From Nitrospirota bacterium (GTDB lineage: Bacteria; Nitrospirota; Nitrospiria; Nitrospirales; UBA8639): a stretch of DNA of 43,166 nt. Below are positions 27,130 to 35,478 of the stretch, piece by piece (the first letter of the stretch is position 1; every line of letters begins with the position of its first letter). The notes beneath the pieces were generated by a model. It saw nothing but the letters and a program-made list of their open reading frames with translations, was not told where the DNA came from and made no database searches. The DNA is taken from positions 1-43,166 of the forward strand of contig QIDY01000052.1 of the NCBI GenBank assembly GCA_003228495.1, read 5' to 3'. The position numbers and the translations under genes are program-made.

Positions 27130-27699
27130 TCAATCCTTTTGAAATTCTATACTATCAATATTGAAGCGCCCATTGGTCCCGCTGTTTCTTGGACGCCACA
27201 CCCCAAGGCCAATAAATTTACCGGCCCCTTCTAAAACCTTACGGAAAACGTCCTCCGTGATTATGTCATCAAGGATATAAACCTTAAACACTCCCCCCCA
27301 TGATTGAATGGTCGGAAAATTCTTCTTCACTCTTGGCCCTGGTTGACCCCGCTTCCCAAGACTATTCCCAAGTACCGCCACACGTTCAACATCTTTCGCG
27401 TTAGCCTCCGTGATTACATTGTCAATCACTAAGATCCCCGCTTCAAAATGTTTAGTGAATGTCGCCTTTCCTTTCCCTGGAATCTGGATGTTCAAAAACT
27501 TTGCAGCCTCAGAAATACAATTCTTGATAGAGTTAGCTGGAACCACAATCTTTCCTGTTTCTTTATCAATGTGGCTCCGCATCATCCATGTTCTTTCTTC
27601 ATAATCATCTGCTAGCTCTCCATCAAGTTTCGGGGTTTCATGGAACCTTCCTTGCTGGTACTGTGACACTCCTGTAAATTTTACGGTAGCAATTCTCAT
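27130..27699 (-). CDS. Solo RAMP / Cas7-like RNA-binding protein
   Basis: N-terminal strand IATVKFTGVS; IVVPANSIKNCI resembles the RAMP IP.SS.KG motif; C-terminal G-rich loop GKFIGLGVWRPRNSGTNGRF. No other cas genes seen. Confidence 0.75.
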   Translation of the reverse strand: MRIATVKFTGVSQYQQGRFHETPKLDGELADDYEERTWMMRSHIDKETGKIVVPANSIKNCISEAAKFLNIQIPGKGKATFTKHFEAGILVIDNVITEANAKDVERVAVLGNSLGKRGQPGPRVKKNFPTIQSWGGVFKVYILDDIITEDVFRKVLEGAGKFIGLGVWRPRNSGTNGRFNIDSIEFQKD

Positions 27700-27720
27700 C
27701 GGTTTTCTCCTTCATTGAAA

Positions 27721-28197
27721 TTATAAATTCATCGAAGTTTGCCTCTCCTCGTCGGTTATGTCTCGCTCATCCACCACCTCACCCGAGTCAATGTCGGTGT
27801 AGGTGACTGTTCCTTTCGTAAAGTCAAAGGTTTCCATTCGCACAAACTCTTCATCCACGGTGTCACGGCGTAAGACCTCAATCGCGTCGTCCATCATTTG
27901 CCTTGCCTCGGCAATCTCCCCCGTGTACTTCTTATTGCTTGCGGCCTTCTCAGATTCCAGGTTGTGAAGATCCCCGTTGCACGTCACCAACTGATCGTCA
28001 ATTATCCGGCGTTCCGCTGAGGTCAGCGGTCGACCCTCACGGCGAACCAGCCGGCGCTTGCGAAGGTTAGGGTCACTCGTGGCCTCATCCTGTACCACGT
28101 CGATCACCATAGAGGCATGAAACTCCCCCGATTCCTCAACGTCAACCCCTGGCTCCTCCTGCGGCACTTCCCCTTCTGGGTCAATCTTCTTAGCCAT
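27721..28197 (-). CDS. Acidic hypothetical protein
   Basis: 158 aa, RBS AAGGAG; ends DSGEVVDERDITDEERQ. Confidence 0.75.
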   Translation of the reverse strand: MAKKIDPEGEVPQEEPGVDVEESGEFHASMVIDVVQDEATSDPNLRKRRLVRREGRPLTSAERRIIDDQLVTCNGDLHNLESEKAASNKKYTGEIAEARQMMDDAIEVLRRDTVDEEFVRMETFDFTKGTVTYTDIDSGEVVDERDITDEERQTSMNL

Positions 28198-28404
28198 ATC
28201 AACACTCCTTCAATGAAATTAAGGCCCACCACACAGAACCACGGCGAATTCCGGCGTTCTCTGGTCCCCCTGCCCGGTGGGCCGGGCTAGGGATAATATT
28301 CAAACCTCGGCCCGTTCTGGCCTGCTTTTTACGGCACTCCATGGCCTAGCTGGCATTCTACGGGCTTATTTCATGGTAATTTTCCACCCAATAAGTAATT
28401 CACC

Positions 28405-28992
28405 CTATTCCCTCACGAACCACGGGTGTAACCGGCCTTGCTCTTTCAATTTGGCTTCCATCAAGGCTATGACCTTATATCGAATCCTGGCATCCCCCTC
28501 CGGGGTGCCTGGCCGGATCATGCGTACCAGGATACCGGGGTCTTTCTTTTTGATTTCAAACTCGTCATCCCATTTCACAATCTCTCCCCACCCATCATTC
28601 GGGAGAAGGTTGGCTCCCACGAGCGCATCGAAGATGACCTTCTTCGCAACCCCGGCGATATTGTCTTTATCCCTGCGCTTATTTTCTTCTTGGTAGGTGA
28701 TGAAGAACCAAGCCTTCCCCATCGGTTGAACCCCTTGGAGAACGAACTGCCATTGGAACTTCTGTTCGATCTTTTTCTTGGCTTTAGCCCATTCATTATT
28801 TTTCACTCCCCGGAAGTGGAAGGCGTAGTTGGCAAGCTCAAGCATTTCATTGAGACTCACAATCTTTCCCGGTAGAAAAAAACACTGGTCAATCTCAGTG
28901 CTGTCTTGAAAGATCACCTTCGGTTTGGGCTTACGTTGCCCGACTTTGAATTTCTTAACTTGCTGTATGGTTGGGATTCGCAAAGGTTTCAT
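28405..28992 (-). CDS. rusA: RusA-like Holliday junction resolvase
   Basis: Motifs SLNE and RRDKDNIAG..K.IFDALV...LLPNDGW. Confidence 0.8.
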   Translation of the reverse strand: MKPLRIPTIQQVKKFKVGQRKPKPKVIFQDSTEIDQCFFLPGKIVSLNEMLELANYAFHFRGVKNNEWAKAKKKIEQKFQWQFVLQGVQPMGKAWFFITYQEENKRRDKDNIAGVAKKVIFDALVGANLLPNDGWGEIVKWDDEFEIKKKDPGILVRMIRPGTPEGDARIRYKVIALMEAKLKEQGRLHPWFVRE

Positions 28993-29524
28993 TCGGCCAT
29001 CTCTTTTTGAAAGTGTTGATTTGTTCGGTGAGCCATTGACATGGATGTAGGTTGTCGATCCTCAAGTGTCCTTGAGACTTAATAATGTCATCCCGCGCTA
29101 CCCCGGCTTCTATCTCGCTAACAGCCTCGCGCTGTTCACGGGTCAGGATATCCCCTTTCCTCAAAACCAGAACCCGCAAGTTCAAGGAACACAGCTTGCC
29201 CCATAGGCGGTCCTCAGGGGACATGCCCCCTATCGGGGGGTGACCGTGCTTCATCCAGGTATTAGAATCTTTTTTGTCCTTGTCTTTCTCATGAACCAAC
29301 CGCATTTCCCTTGCGCTCAAGACCGCGGCGTCGAAAACCTCTTGCTTGGGGATGTACCCGGTGTTGCCCCGACCTAAATACTTGCAGGCTTCCATGAAGT
29401 CTAGGTGGTTCTGCTTTCGGTAATGCTCCCAAAGTAAATCCACTTGGGCCTTCGGGGTCTTGGTGTGAATCCCTAACGCTTTCAACATCGGCACCACGGC
29501 CCTATCAAACTCATGTCTATTCAT
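28955..29524 (-). CDS. Putative helicase loader/inhibitor-like protein
   Basis: Directly downstream of the replication initiator; W...........F..AC..L.......P pattern. Confidence 0.5.
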   Translation of the reverse strand: MNRHEFDRAVVPMLKALGIHTKTPKAQVDLLWEHYRKQNHLDFMEACKYLGRGNTGYIPKQEVFDAAVLSAREMRLVHEKDKDKKDSNTWMKHGHPPIGGMSPEDRLWGKLCSLNLRVLVLRKGDILTREQREAVSEIEAGVARDDIIKSQGHLRIDNLHPCQWLTEQINTFKKRWPNETFANPNHTAS

Positions 29525-30281
29525 CGGGCGGTCCTTCCTGGCTTAAGGCTGGTTCATAAATTTCCGGCTCTCCTTTTTTCTGCAGGTCGGAACGACACCA
29601 CGACATGAAGGCATAGGACCATGAGGCGTACTTATATTTCCGTGCAATAGCCTTGACCCTAAAATCTTCGAAGCACTTCTCGGGGTAGGTAATGTCCTGT
29701 CGCCGGGCATAGTCTTTTAGGTTGGAAGTCAATTTGAAGTCTTTCGGCCATGTGGTGAGAACGGGGTCCGGTTTTTTCTTTTTGACTGGCTTTATAAGGC
29801 CGGGCTTTGGCGGCGTTATAAAGTCAGGTTTTTCAAGACTCTTCGGAGAAGAGTCTTTTGTATTGTAAGATGGTAGCGTTTTGCTAGAAATTTTGCTATC
29901 CGTTTGCTCTAGCAAATTCCTGGCAATTGCTACAGCTTTAGCCTTCGCCTTACCACCTAACTTGCCAATTTCTTTACGTTTCTCGCTCAAGGCAATAGTT
30001 TTGATTCGCTCTCTTTCTAGCCGGAGGTTGGTTAAGTATTGGCTAACTTGCTCGCCTAAATCTGGCCACGGTCTGGCTAACTTCTGGCGGATTTTGGCTA
30101 AATCCCTCGAGCGGAGCCCCGGCAAAACCTTCTTGATTTCCTCGGTGGTCATCGGCCCCTTATCCCATAGGTGACACAAAAGCCGAATGTATCCACCTTG
30201 AGCGGCGTAGCTCATCTCTTGAGTGCCGATCAAGAAGTCCCGCCAATCGAACGGCATCCAATTGAACTGTTCATCTGACAT
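29517..30281 (-). CDS. Replication initiator, DUF1376/YdaU family
   Basis: Motif WMPFDWRDFL..T..MS....GGYIRLLCHLW, L.N.RLERE and GKLGG; C-terminal Y.SW..AF.SW. Confidence 0.85.
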   Translation of the reverse strand: MSDEQFNWMPFDWRDFLIGTQEMSYAAQGGYIRLLCHLWDKGPMTTEEIKKVLPGLRSRDLAKIRQKLARPWPDLGEQVSQYLTNLRLERERIKTIALSEKRKEIGKLGGKAKAKAVAIARNLLEQTDSKISSKTLPSYNTKDSSPKSLEKPDFITPPKPGLIKPVKKKKPDPVLTTWPKDFKLTSNLKDYARRQDITYPEKCFEDFRVKAIARKYKYASWSYAFMSWCRSDLQKKGEPEIYEPALSQEGPPDE

Positions 30282-30332
30282 AAAAATCTCCGAGTGAAGG
30301 AAGAGCGGCGATAGTGATAGCTGTTTTGGGAA

Positions 30333-30398
30333 TTATGCAGGGCACGGGGGGAAGAGGTATGTGGGAACGTACAGCACACGGGGGAGTAAACTAGTCAT
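30333..30398 (-). CDS. Possible 21-aa leader peptide MTSLLPRVLYVPTYLFPPCPA
   Basis: AAGGAG RBS 7 nt upstream of the ATG, in an intergenic gap. Confidence 0.3.
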   Translation of the reverse strand: MTSLLPRVLYVPTYLFPPCPA

Positions 30399-30449
30399 CG
30401 AATTTCTCCTTGTGTTGGTTGGTTCTATGGGAATATAGCAATGACCAAA

Positions 30450-30968
30450 TTACATAGCAACCTCACCTTCCGGACGAGTAGCCTCTAGGTGTGCCCTGTA
30501 ATCCTGTGTGAGTTCGAAGAGGTATTGCTGCTCCGCTTTTTTCTTATTCACTGGGACCATTAAGTCATCAATCTCTCCCTGTAGATGCTCCCACTTGGCC
30601 GCGAGGAAAATGACGAAGGGTTGGTCATGTATCCTCAGGTTCTCCACAGGGTCGGGATAATTTACGGAAGCGCTGTTTTTATTTGAGTAAGATTGCCTGT
30701 GATAGTCCGGGTGTATGATCTCTTTCGGTAGGGGGTTAATAGGAGCAGGGGGGGCCTTCCTTGGCTTTCGTGCCCTCAACTCAGGCTCTAGGGTTACCCG
30801 GTCATCGTAGCTCACCTTTGGGGGCCTTCCGCGTTTACGCTTGGGCTCTGGCTCCATGATTGCCTCGCTTTCTTTGATCGCTGGTAAGCGGTGGCCGCAT
30901 ATCAGGCACCGAGGGTCTAGGCCATCGTCAAGCCAGAACCCCCCGCAACGGATACAGGTAATGCTCAA
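30450..30968 (-). CDS. Zn-ribbon plus AT-hook putative DNA-binding protein
   Basis: CIRCGG...CLICG, then KRKRGRPPK, then a C-terminal coiled coil. Confidence 0.7.
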   Translation of the reverse strand: MSITCIRCGGFWLDDGLDPRCLICGHRLPAIKESEAIMEPEPKRKRGRPPKVSYDDRVTLEPELRARKPRKAPPAPINPLPKEIIHPDYHRQSYSNKNSASVNYPDPVENLRIHDQPFVIFLAAKWEHLQGEIDDLMVPVNKKKAEQQYLFELTQDYRAHLEATRPEGEVAM

Positions 30969-31134
30969 GCGATTTCAACCCCGATGCGGTCACACTCCGG
31001 GCACCGTGGATTATTGTGCAGGTACCGCCATAACCGAGAACAATTAGGGCATGAATAGATCGTATTAAAAAAAACGTCGGTTATGTAGTCCTCTGGTTGC
31101 TGGTCAAGCTCTTCATCGAATAGGGTAGGCTGAC

Positions 31135-33444
31135 TCATTGCATTACCTCTATTTGCGTGGTTACATTGGGCTTGGTAACTGTGATGGAGGTAGGGAAGGT
31201 CCCAAGGACTGCCTCGACGTGACTAATAACCAAGATGCACGGGAACTTTGTTTCCAGCTTAACTAAGCATTCCCGCAAAAGTTCCAAACCCTCAGCGTCC
31301 AACGTCCCCAACCCCTCATCAATAACCAGGGTATCAATTCGGGATCCGGCTCGGTGCCTCAGTAAGTCAGCCAATCCCAACCGAACAGCAAGGTCAATCC
31401 GAAAGCGTTCCCCCCCGCTGTAGTTTTCATAAGGTCGTTCCCCAAACCTATCACGGACCAGTATATCCAGGGTATCCACCAATCCCTCTTTACTCTTCCT
31501 GGCCTTCTGCGTTTCTAAAGTGATGCGCATCCCGGTCGTGCTGATTTGTTCTAGTATGGTATTGCAGGAAGATTCTAAGTTGGGCACGGTTTCTTCCATG
31601 AGAAAGATGGGGATTGCTTTATACAGTTCAACTAATTTACGAGCGGCATCCCGCTTAAGTTCTTTTTCTTTTGCCTCTTGTCGGATTTTTACACAAAGGA
31701 TATCGGCTTCTCTCGTGACATCCCATTCCTTTCGATATGTACCGAGGAGCTCCGCGGCGGCATTCAAATTTGAATCCGCGGTCTTGGCTTGAATCTCAAG
31801 AGTCACAACCTGTACCCGAGCCCCATCAATCCAGCTGGCCACTTCCTCAAACCCCGAACACTGGACAAGTAAGGCTTTGATCTCTCCATCCAAAATCCGG
31901 GCACTGAGCCGTTCTGCGGCGTCATCATCCTTGAGTAGAGCCAAGGCCGCTTCTGCAGCACGTAAGGCAGGAAGGCTCTCGGCCACGATACAGAGTTCAC
32001 TAAGCTTTTTGTTGTACTTTGCCCGGTCAGTCTTGCGCTGCAAGAGGTCTGCCTCTAAGGTGCTGCTCCGGGCTCGCGCTGTGGCAAGGTCTTTCGGCGT
32101 CACACTGTGCATGAGGTTCTTGATTTGACTTTGCCGGGAGTCATACTCTTTCTGATAATCCGGATTCCATTCCTTCACCGGGTCCTTCCCTTGCCATTTC
32201 TCAAACTCATACTTCAACTTCGGTAAAGCCCCTTTGAACTCCACGGCTTCCAGGGTGTACGGACACTTCTCTTGTAACTCTTCATAGCAGGGCAACTCAT
32301 CCAACCGTTTGACTTGCTCCCCCTTCTGAATAATTTCTCCCTGTAATTCCTTGAGGGCTCCTAAGTGGGTATCCCTGGCTCTTTGTGCCCCGAACTGTAG
32401 CTCGGCCAAAACGGCTTGCATTCGCTCAAGAGTGGCCTTCTCCTTTAAGTCCCTTTCCGTCAACCCATAAGTGAACTTGACTTGAATGTCGTATTGTTCT
32501 TGGCTCAAGTTCAATGAGCGTTCCGCATTCGAGAGTTGCACCTTCATCTCTTCATGAGCATCCGCGGCCAATCGTATCTCATCCCCTTTGGCGATAATCA
32601 CCTTGTGACCCTGTTGCCGGGAATGGATAAGCTGTAAGCGGAAATCGCACTCAGCTTTCCGGGTCTTTGTGCTAGCCAAAACATCCATCCTCAACGCATG
32701 TTCCTTTAAGCTCCCTTCCTTATGCCCGATCGCTTCCCGTAAGCTGTTCACCTGGGTACGCAAGGCAACGGTTTCTCCGGTCAATCGCTCGATCTTAATT
32801 TTCTCTTCGTCCATGGCACTGGCCCAGCTGGACATCCTACCGGCTATCACTTCATTCTCGGCCAGACGCTCGGCCAACCCGGTCAATTCTCCGGCGAGGT
32901 AATTGTTTTTTTGGGACGCGGCCCCGCGTAGGGTGTCATATATGTCCAGCTGTAGAATCTGCGCCAGTAGGGCTTTCCGTTCACTAGGGGACGCCTTCGT
33001 GAAGCGGTCGGCTTGGCCTTGGACAAGATAGTTGGTCGCGGTTATCAAGTCATAGTCAGCGTTGAGAACTGACCGGATGGCCTCTTGGGTTTCATTGACC
33101 TTCCCCCCCCCTATAGGCACCCACCCATCGGGCCCATTTCCTTCAAAGGTCAGGTCCGTCTTTCCGGCTTTGGTGGCTTTGCTACGGGCACGAGTCACCC
33201 TGTATTCATGGCCATCCAGGGAAAACCACAGGCACACCGACATGGATACGGCCCCAAGCCGGATCATGCTGTCGGTGTCTGACCGACACTTTCCAAACAA
33301 GGCCCATAAGGGGGCATCAACAAACACCGTGCTTTTCCCGCTTCCGTTTACCCCGGAAATGGTGGCACTCTCCACGTCCCGAAGGTTGACCGAGGCCGAC
33401 TCAACCGAACCAAAGTCCTGTAGGGTCAAGGCTAAAAGTCTCAT
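31135..33444 (-). CDS. sbcC: SbcC/Rad50-like SMC ATPase
   Basis: Walker A GVNGSGKST, Q-loop VQGQ, long coiled coil, signature YSGGE, Walker B LVIDEG..TLD, H-loop ISH. Start re-assigned to ATG 33444. Confidence 0.95.
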   Translation of the reverse strand: MRLLALTLQDFGSVESASVNLRDVESATISGVNGSGKSTVFVDAPLWALFGKCRSDTDSMIRLGAVSMSVCLWFSLDGHEYRVTRARSKATKAGKTDLTFEGNGPDGWVPIGGGKVNETQEAIRSVLNADYDLITATNYLVQGQADRFTKASPSERKALLAQILQLDIYDTLRGAASQKNNYLAGELTGLAERLAENEVIAGRMSSWASAMDEEKIKIERLTGETVALRTQVNSLREAIGHKEGSLKEHALRMDVLASTKTRKAECDFRLQLIHSRQQGHKVIIAKGDEIRLAADAHEEMKVQLSNAERSLNLSQEQYDIQVKFTYGLTERDLKEKATLERMQAVLAELQFGAQRARDTHLGALKELQGEIIQKGEQVKRLDELPCYEELQEKCPYTLEAVEFKGALPKLKYEFEKWQGKDPVKEWNPDYQKEYDSRQSQIKNLMHSVTPKDLATARARSSTLEADLLQRKTDRAKYNKKLSELCIVAESLPALRAAEAALALLKDDDAAERLSARILDGEIKALLVQCSGFEEVASWIDGARVQVVTLEIQAKTADSNLNAAAELLGTYRKEWDVTREADILCVKIRQEAKEKELKRDAARKLVELYKAIPIFLMEETVPNLESSCNTILEQISTTGMRITLETQKARKSKEGLVDTLDILVRDRFGERPYENYSGGERFRIDLAVRLGLADLLRHRAGSRIDTLVIDEGLGTLDAEGLELLRECLVKLETKFPCILVISHVEAVLGTFPTSITVTKPNVTTQIEVMQ

Positions 33445-34604
33445 CGTAATTCCTCCATAATGACTTGATGGGTGGATCGAATCTCGCTTAATAATGGGTC
33501 CTCGATTGCTTCCCTGGCAAGGCATCGGTCAAGGGCTTGGTCGGGCGTCATGCCGTTAGTCATTCCGCTATCCCGTTGCCGGTCATCCTTGACGACCTCA
33601 ACGTCCACTTGAAAGTAAGGAAGGGTGTTCTGGCAAGCAATAATATCCTCTTCATACCGGGCCAACTCCTCCGCGGAGACCTTGGCCTTGACGCGGTACA
33701 CCGTAGAAAACTCACCATGCAGTCCGGCTAACTCATCCAAACGCAAAGTCTTATATGTTCGGCTGTGGGGATTCTCTATAAACTTCACATCCAATTCCTT
33801 TTGATCGACCCTCACCATCAAGACCCCCTTAGCTTCCTGCTCCTCACCGAACCCTTGCCGCATTAAAGATCCTGAATACCATGCGTTCGAAGTGAGCTGT
33901 TGCATTTGATGGATGTGCCCCAAGGCAATATAGTGATAGGCGTTCTCAAACTCCTTCACCGGCAACTGAATATCATGGGCTAAGCTCCTGGGTTGCTCGT
34001 TCACCTTGGCCATACTCACGCTTCCATGCCCGATCAGGATCCTTATCTCGTCCTCCCCATGACCTACCGTGAAGCCACGGACGACATCGGATAGTTTTCG
34101 ATTGATGAGGGCATCGACCTCTTCATGGCTCACACCTTTTAGATCCATAGTGGCCATGATCCGGCCCCTGCTCGGGTACGGCAAGAAGTCGAACCGGATC
34201 AGGTGGCCCTGAAGCACTTGCATAAGGGTTGTCGGGGCTTGGGCACAAAACGTCTGCGTGAATTTCGTGAGGTGGGTCGCCGCGGCCCCGGTCCCGCTTT
34301 GGTAAATATCATGGTTCCCACTGACCGCAAATATCGGTATGACTTGATTCGCCCGGATGTGTTCCAAAAAATTCATCACGGCCATGTACTCATCGGTGGT
34401 CGGATTGGGAGTGTCAAACACATCACCGGCAAGGATCATGGCGTCCGGTGATTCCTCTTTGATGACTGAGGCAAGCCAGCGAAGGCTTTCGTTAAAGTCC
34501 GTCAAGCTCCAACTCATCCCCGTGTTGGGGTCAATTGAGAGCTTGCCCCCTATCGGCCCTTGGCTTCTCGGGTGCCAATCCGCGGTATGCAATAATTTAA
34601 GCAT
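33441..34604 (-). CDS. sbcD: SbcD/Mre11 nuclease
   Basis: Motifs HTADWH, AGDVFD, GNHD, ALGHIH and YSGS....FGE. Start re-assigned to ATG 34604. Confidence 0.95.
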   Translation of the reverse strand: MLKLLHTADWHPRSQGPIGGKLSIDPNTGMSWSLTDFNESLRWLASVIKEESPDAMILAGDVFDTPNPTTDEYMAVMNFLEHIRANQVIPIFAVSGNHDIYQSGTGAAATHLTKFTQTFCAQAPTTLMQVLQGHLIRFDFLPYPSRGRIMATMDLKGVSHEEVDALINRKLSDVVRGFTVGHGEDEIRILIGHGSVSMAKVNEQPRSLAHDIQLPVKEFENAYHYIALGHIHQMQQLTSNAWYSGSLMRQGFGEEQEAKGVLMVRVDQKELDVKFIENPHSRTYKTLRLDELAGLHGEFSTVYRVKAKVSAEELARYEEDIIACQNTLPYFQVDVEVVKDDRQRDSGMTNGMTPDQALDRCLAREAIEDPLLSEIRSTHQVIMEELR

Positions 34605-34896
34605 CGACTTCCTCCATACTGAAATCGTCCATCGTGTCATTGAGGTTATCTAAAATCATCTTCATGAACCGCACTCGCTCATCCTTGGTCAAGCTACTTT
34701 GTTGCACCACGGACAAAAGGATTTGACCATAAAACACCGTACAGGCCGACAGCACGGCATCGACTTCGTACTTCTGGTCATTCACGGTTTCCAAGAATGC
34801 TCCACTGAGGGCTCGCTTGAGGGTCCGGGCCTTGGCTACGCTTTCCGGGTCCGGCACAAAGTCGGAATATTTTAGGCTGTGAAACTTACTGTCCAT
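34597..34896 (-). CDS. Hypothetical protein
   Basis: Start re-assigned to ATG 34896 (MDSKFHS), RBS AAGGAG. Confidence 0.65.
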   Translation of the reverse strand: MDSKFHSLKYSDFVPDPESVAKARTLKRALSGAFLETVNDQKYEVDAVLSACTVFYGQILLSVVQQSSLTKDERVRFMKMILDNLNDTMDDFSMEEVDA

Positions 34897-35143
34897 CGTT
34901 ATTCTCCTTGACCTCACTTTGGGTCCAAATATTCGCGACCTTGAGGTGTTCCATAAGATTTGCATACTCCATGCTGAATATTTCGCTGGACCACGGGTAG
35001 AGTGTATTGGCCAATTCGAACAGCACCCTCGTATCATCCAGAAGAGCTTGTTTTATTTCTAGCATATGGTCGAGGCTTGCCCCCCTCAATGAGGAGGAAT
35101 ATTTTGGCGTCAACTGAATAGAGCCTTTCTTGAGTCGTGACAT
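34886..35143 (-). CDS. Hypothetical protein
   Basis: Fills the operon gap and overlaps the next start. Confidence 0.55.
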   Translation of the reverse strand: MSRLKKGSIQLTPKYSSSLRGASLDHMLEIKQALLDDTRVLFELANTLYPWSSEIFSMEYANLMEHLKVANIWTQSEVKENNDGQ

Positions 35144-35169
35144 TGACCACGGACCCCGCGATAAGCGGT

Positions 35170-35478
35170 TTAACTTGCGGCATGGTCTTTCTCCTTGGGT
35201 TTGGCGAACATGGTTAATTGCTCAGTATCACAAAACTCAACCACCCGCATAAACCCTCCATTCGGGGGGGCCTCGTTGTAGGTATCGGCCCGGCCTTGCA
35301 TCGACGCTTTGGCCGCGGCTTTCAAGGCTTGGGACTGTGAAGCGGAGAGCTTCAAATTGTTGATACCGTGAAGGGTTCCCCCACAGGCACAACGACAGGA
35401 TGGGCGCTTCGCGGCTTGACATGCTGGCAAGCAACGAAGCACCACCTTGAACCCATCATGCAGGGCGAAGGGGCTCAC
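35170..35478 (-). CDS. Cys-rich zinc-binding protein
   Basis: Motif C...C..A....CRCACGG..HG; GTGA coupling. Confidence 0.7.
   Translation of the reverse strand: MSPFALHDGFKVVLRCLPACQAAKRPSCRCACGGTLHGINNLKLSASQSQALKAAAKASMQGRADTYNEAPPNGGFMRVVEFCDTEQLTMFAKPKEKDHAAS

Noticed and set aside
26846-27142. 98-aa plus-strand ORF (and ORF 26749-26931) over the arrays
   Set aside because: The S/R/V-rich translation is a by-product of the 5-nt periodicity; it is antisense to the operon and has no RBS.
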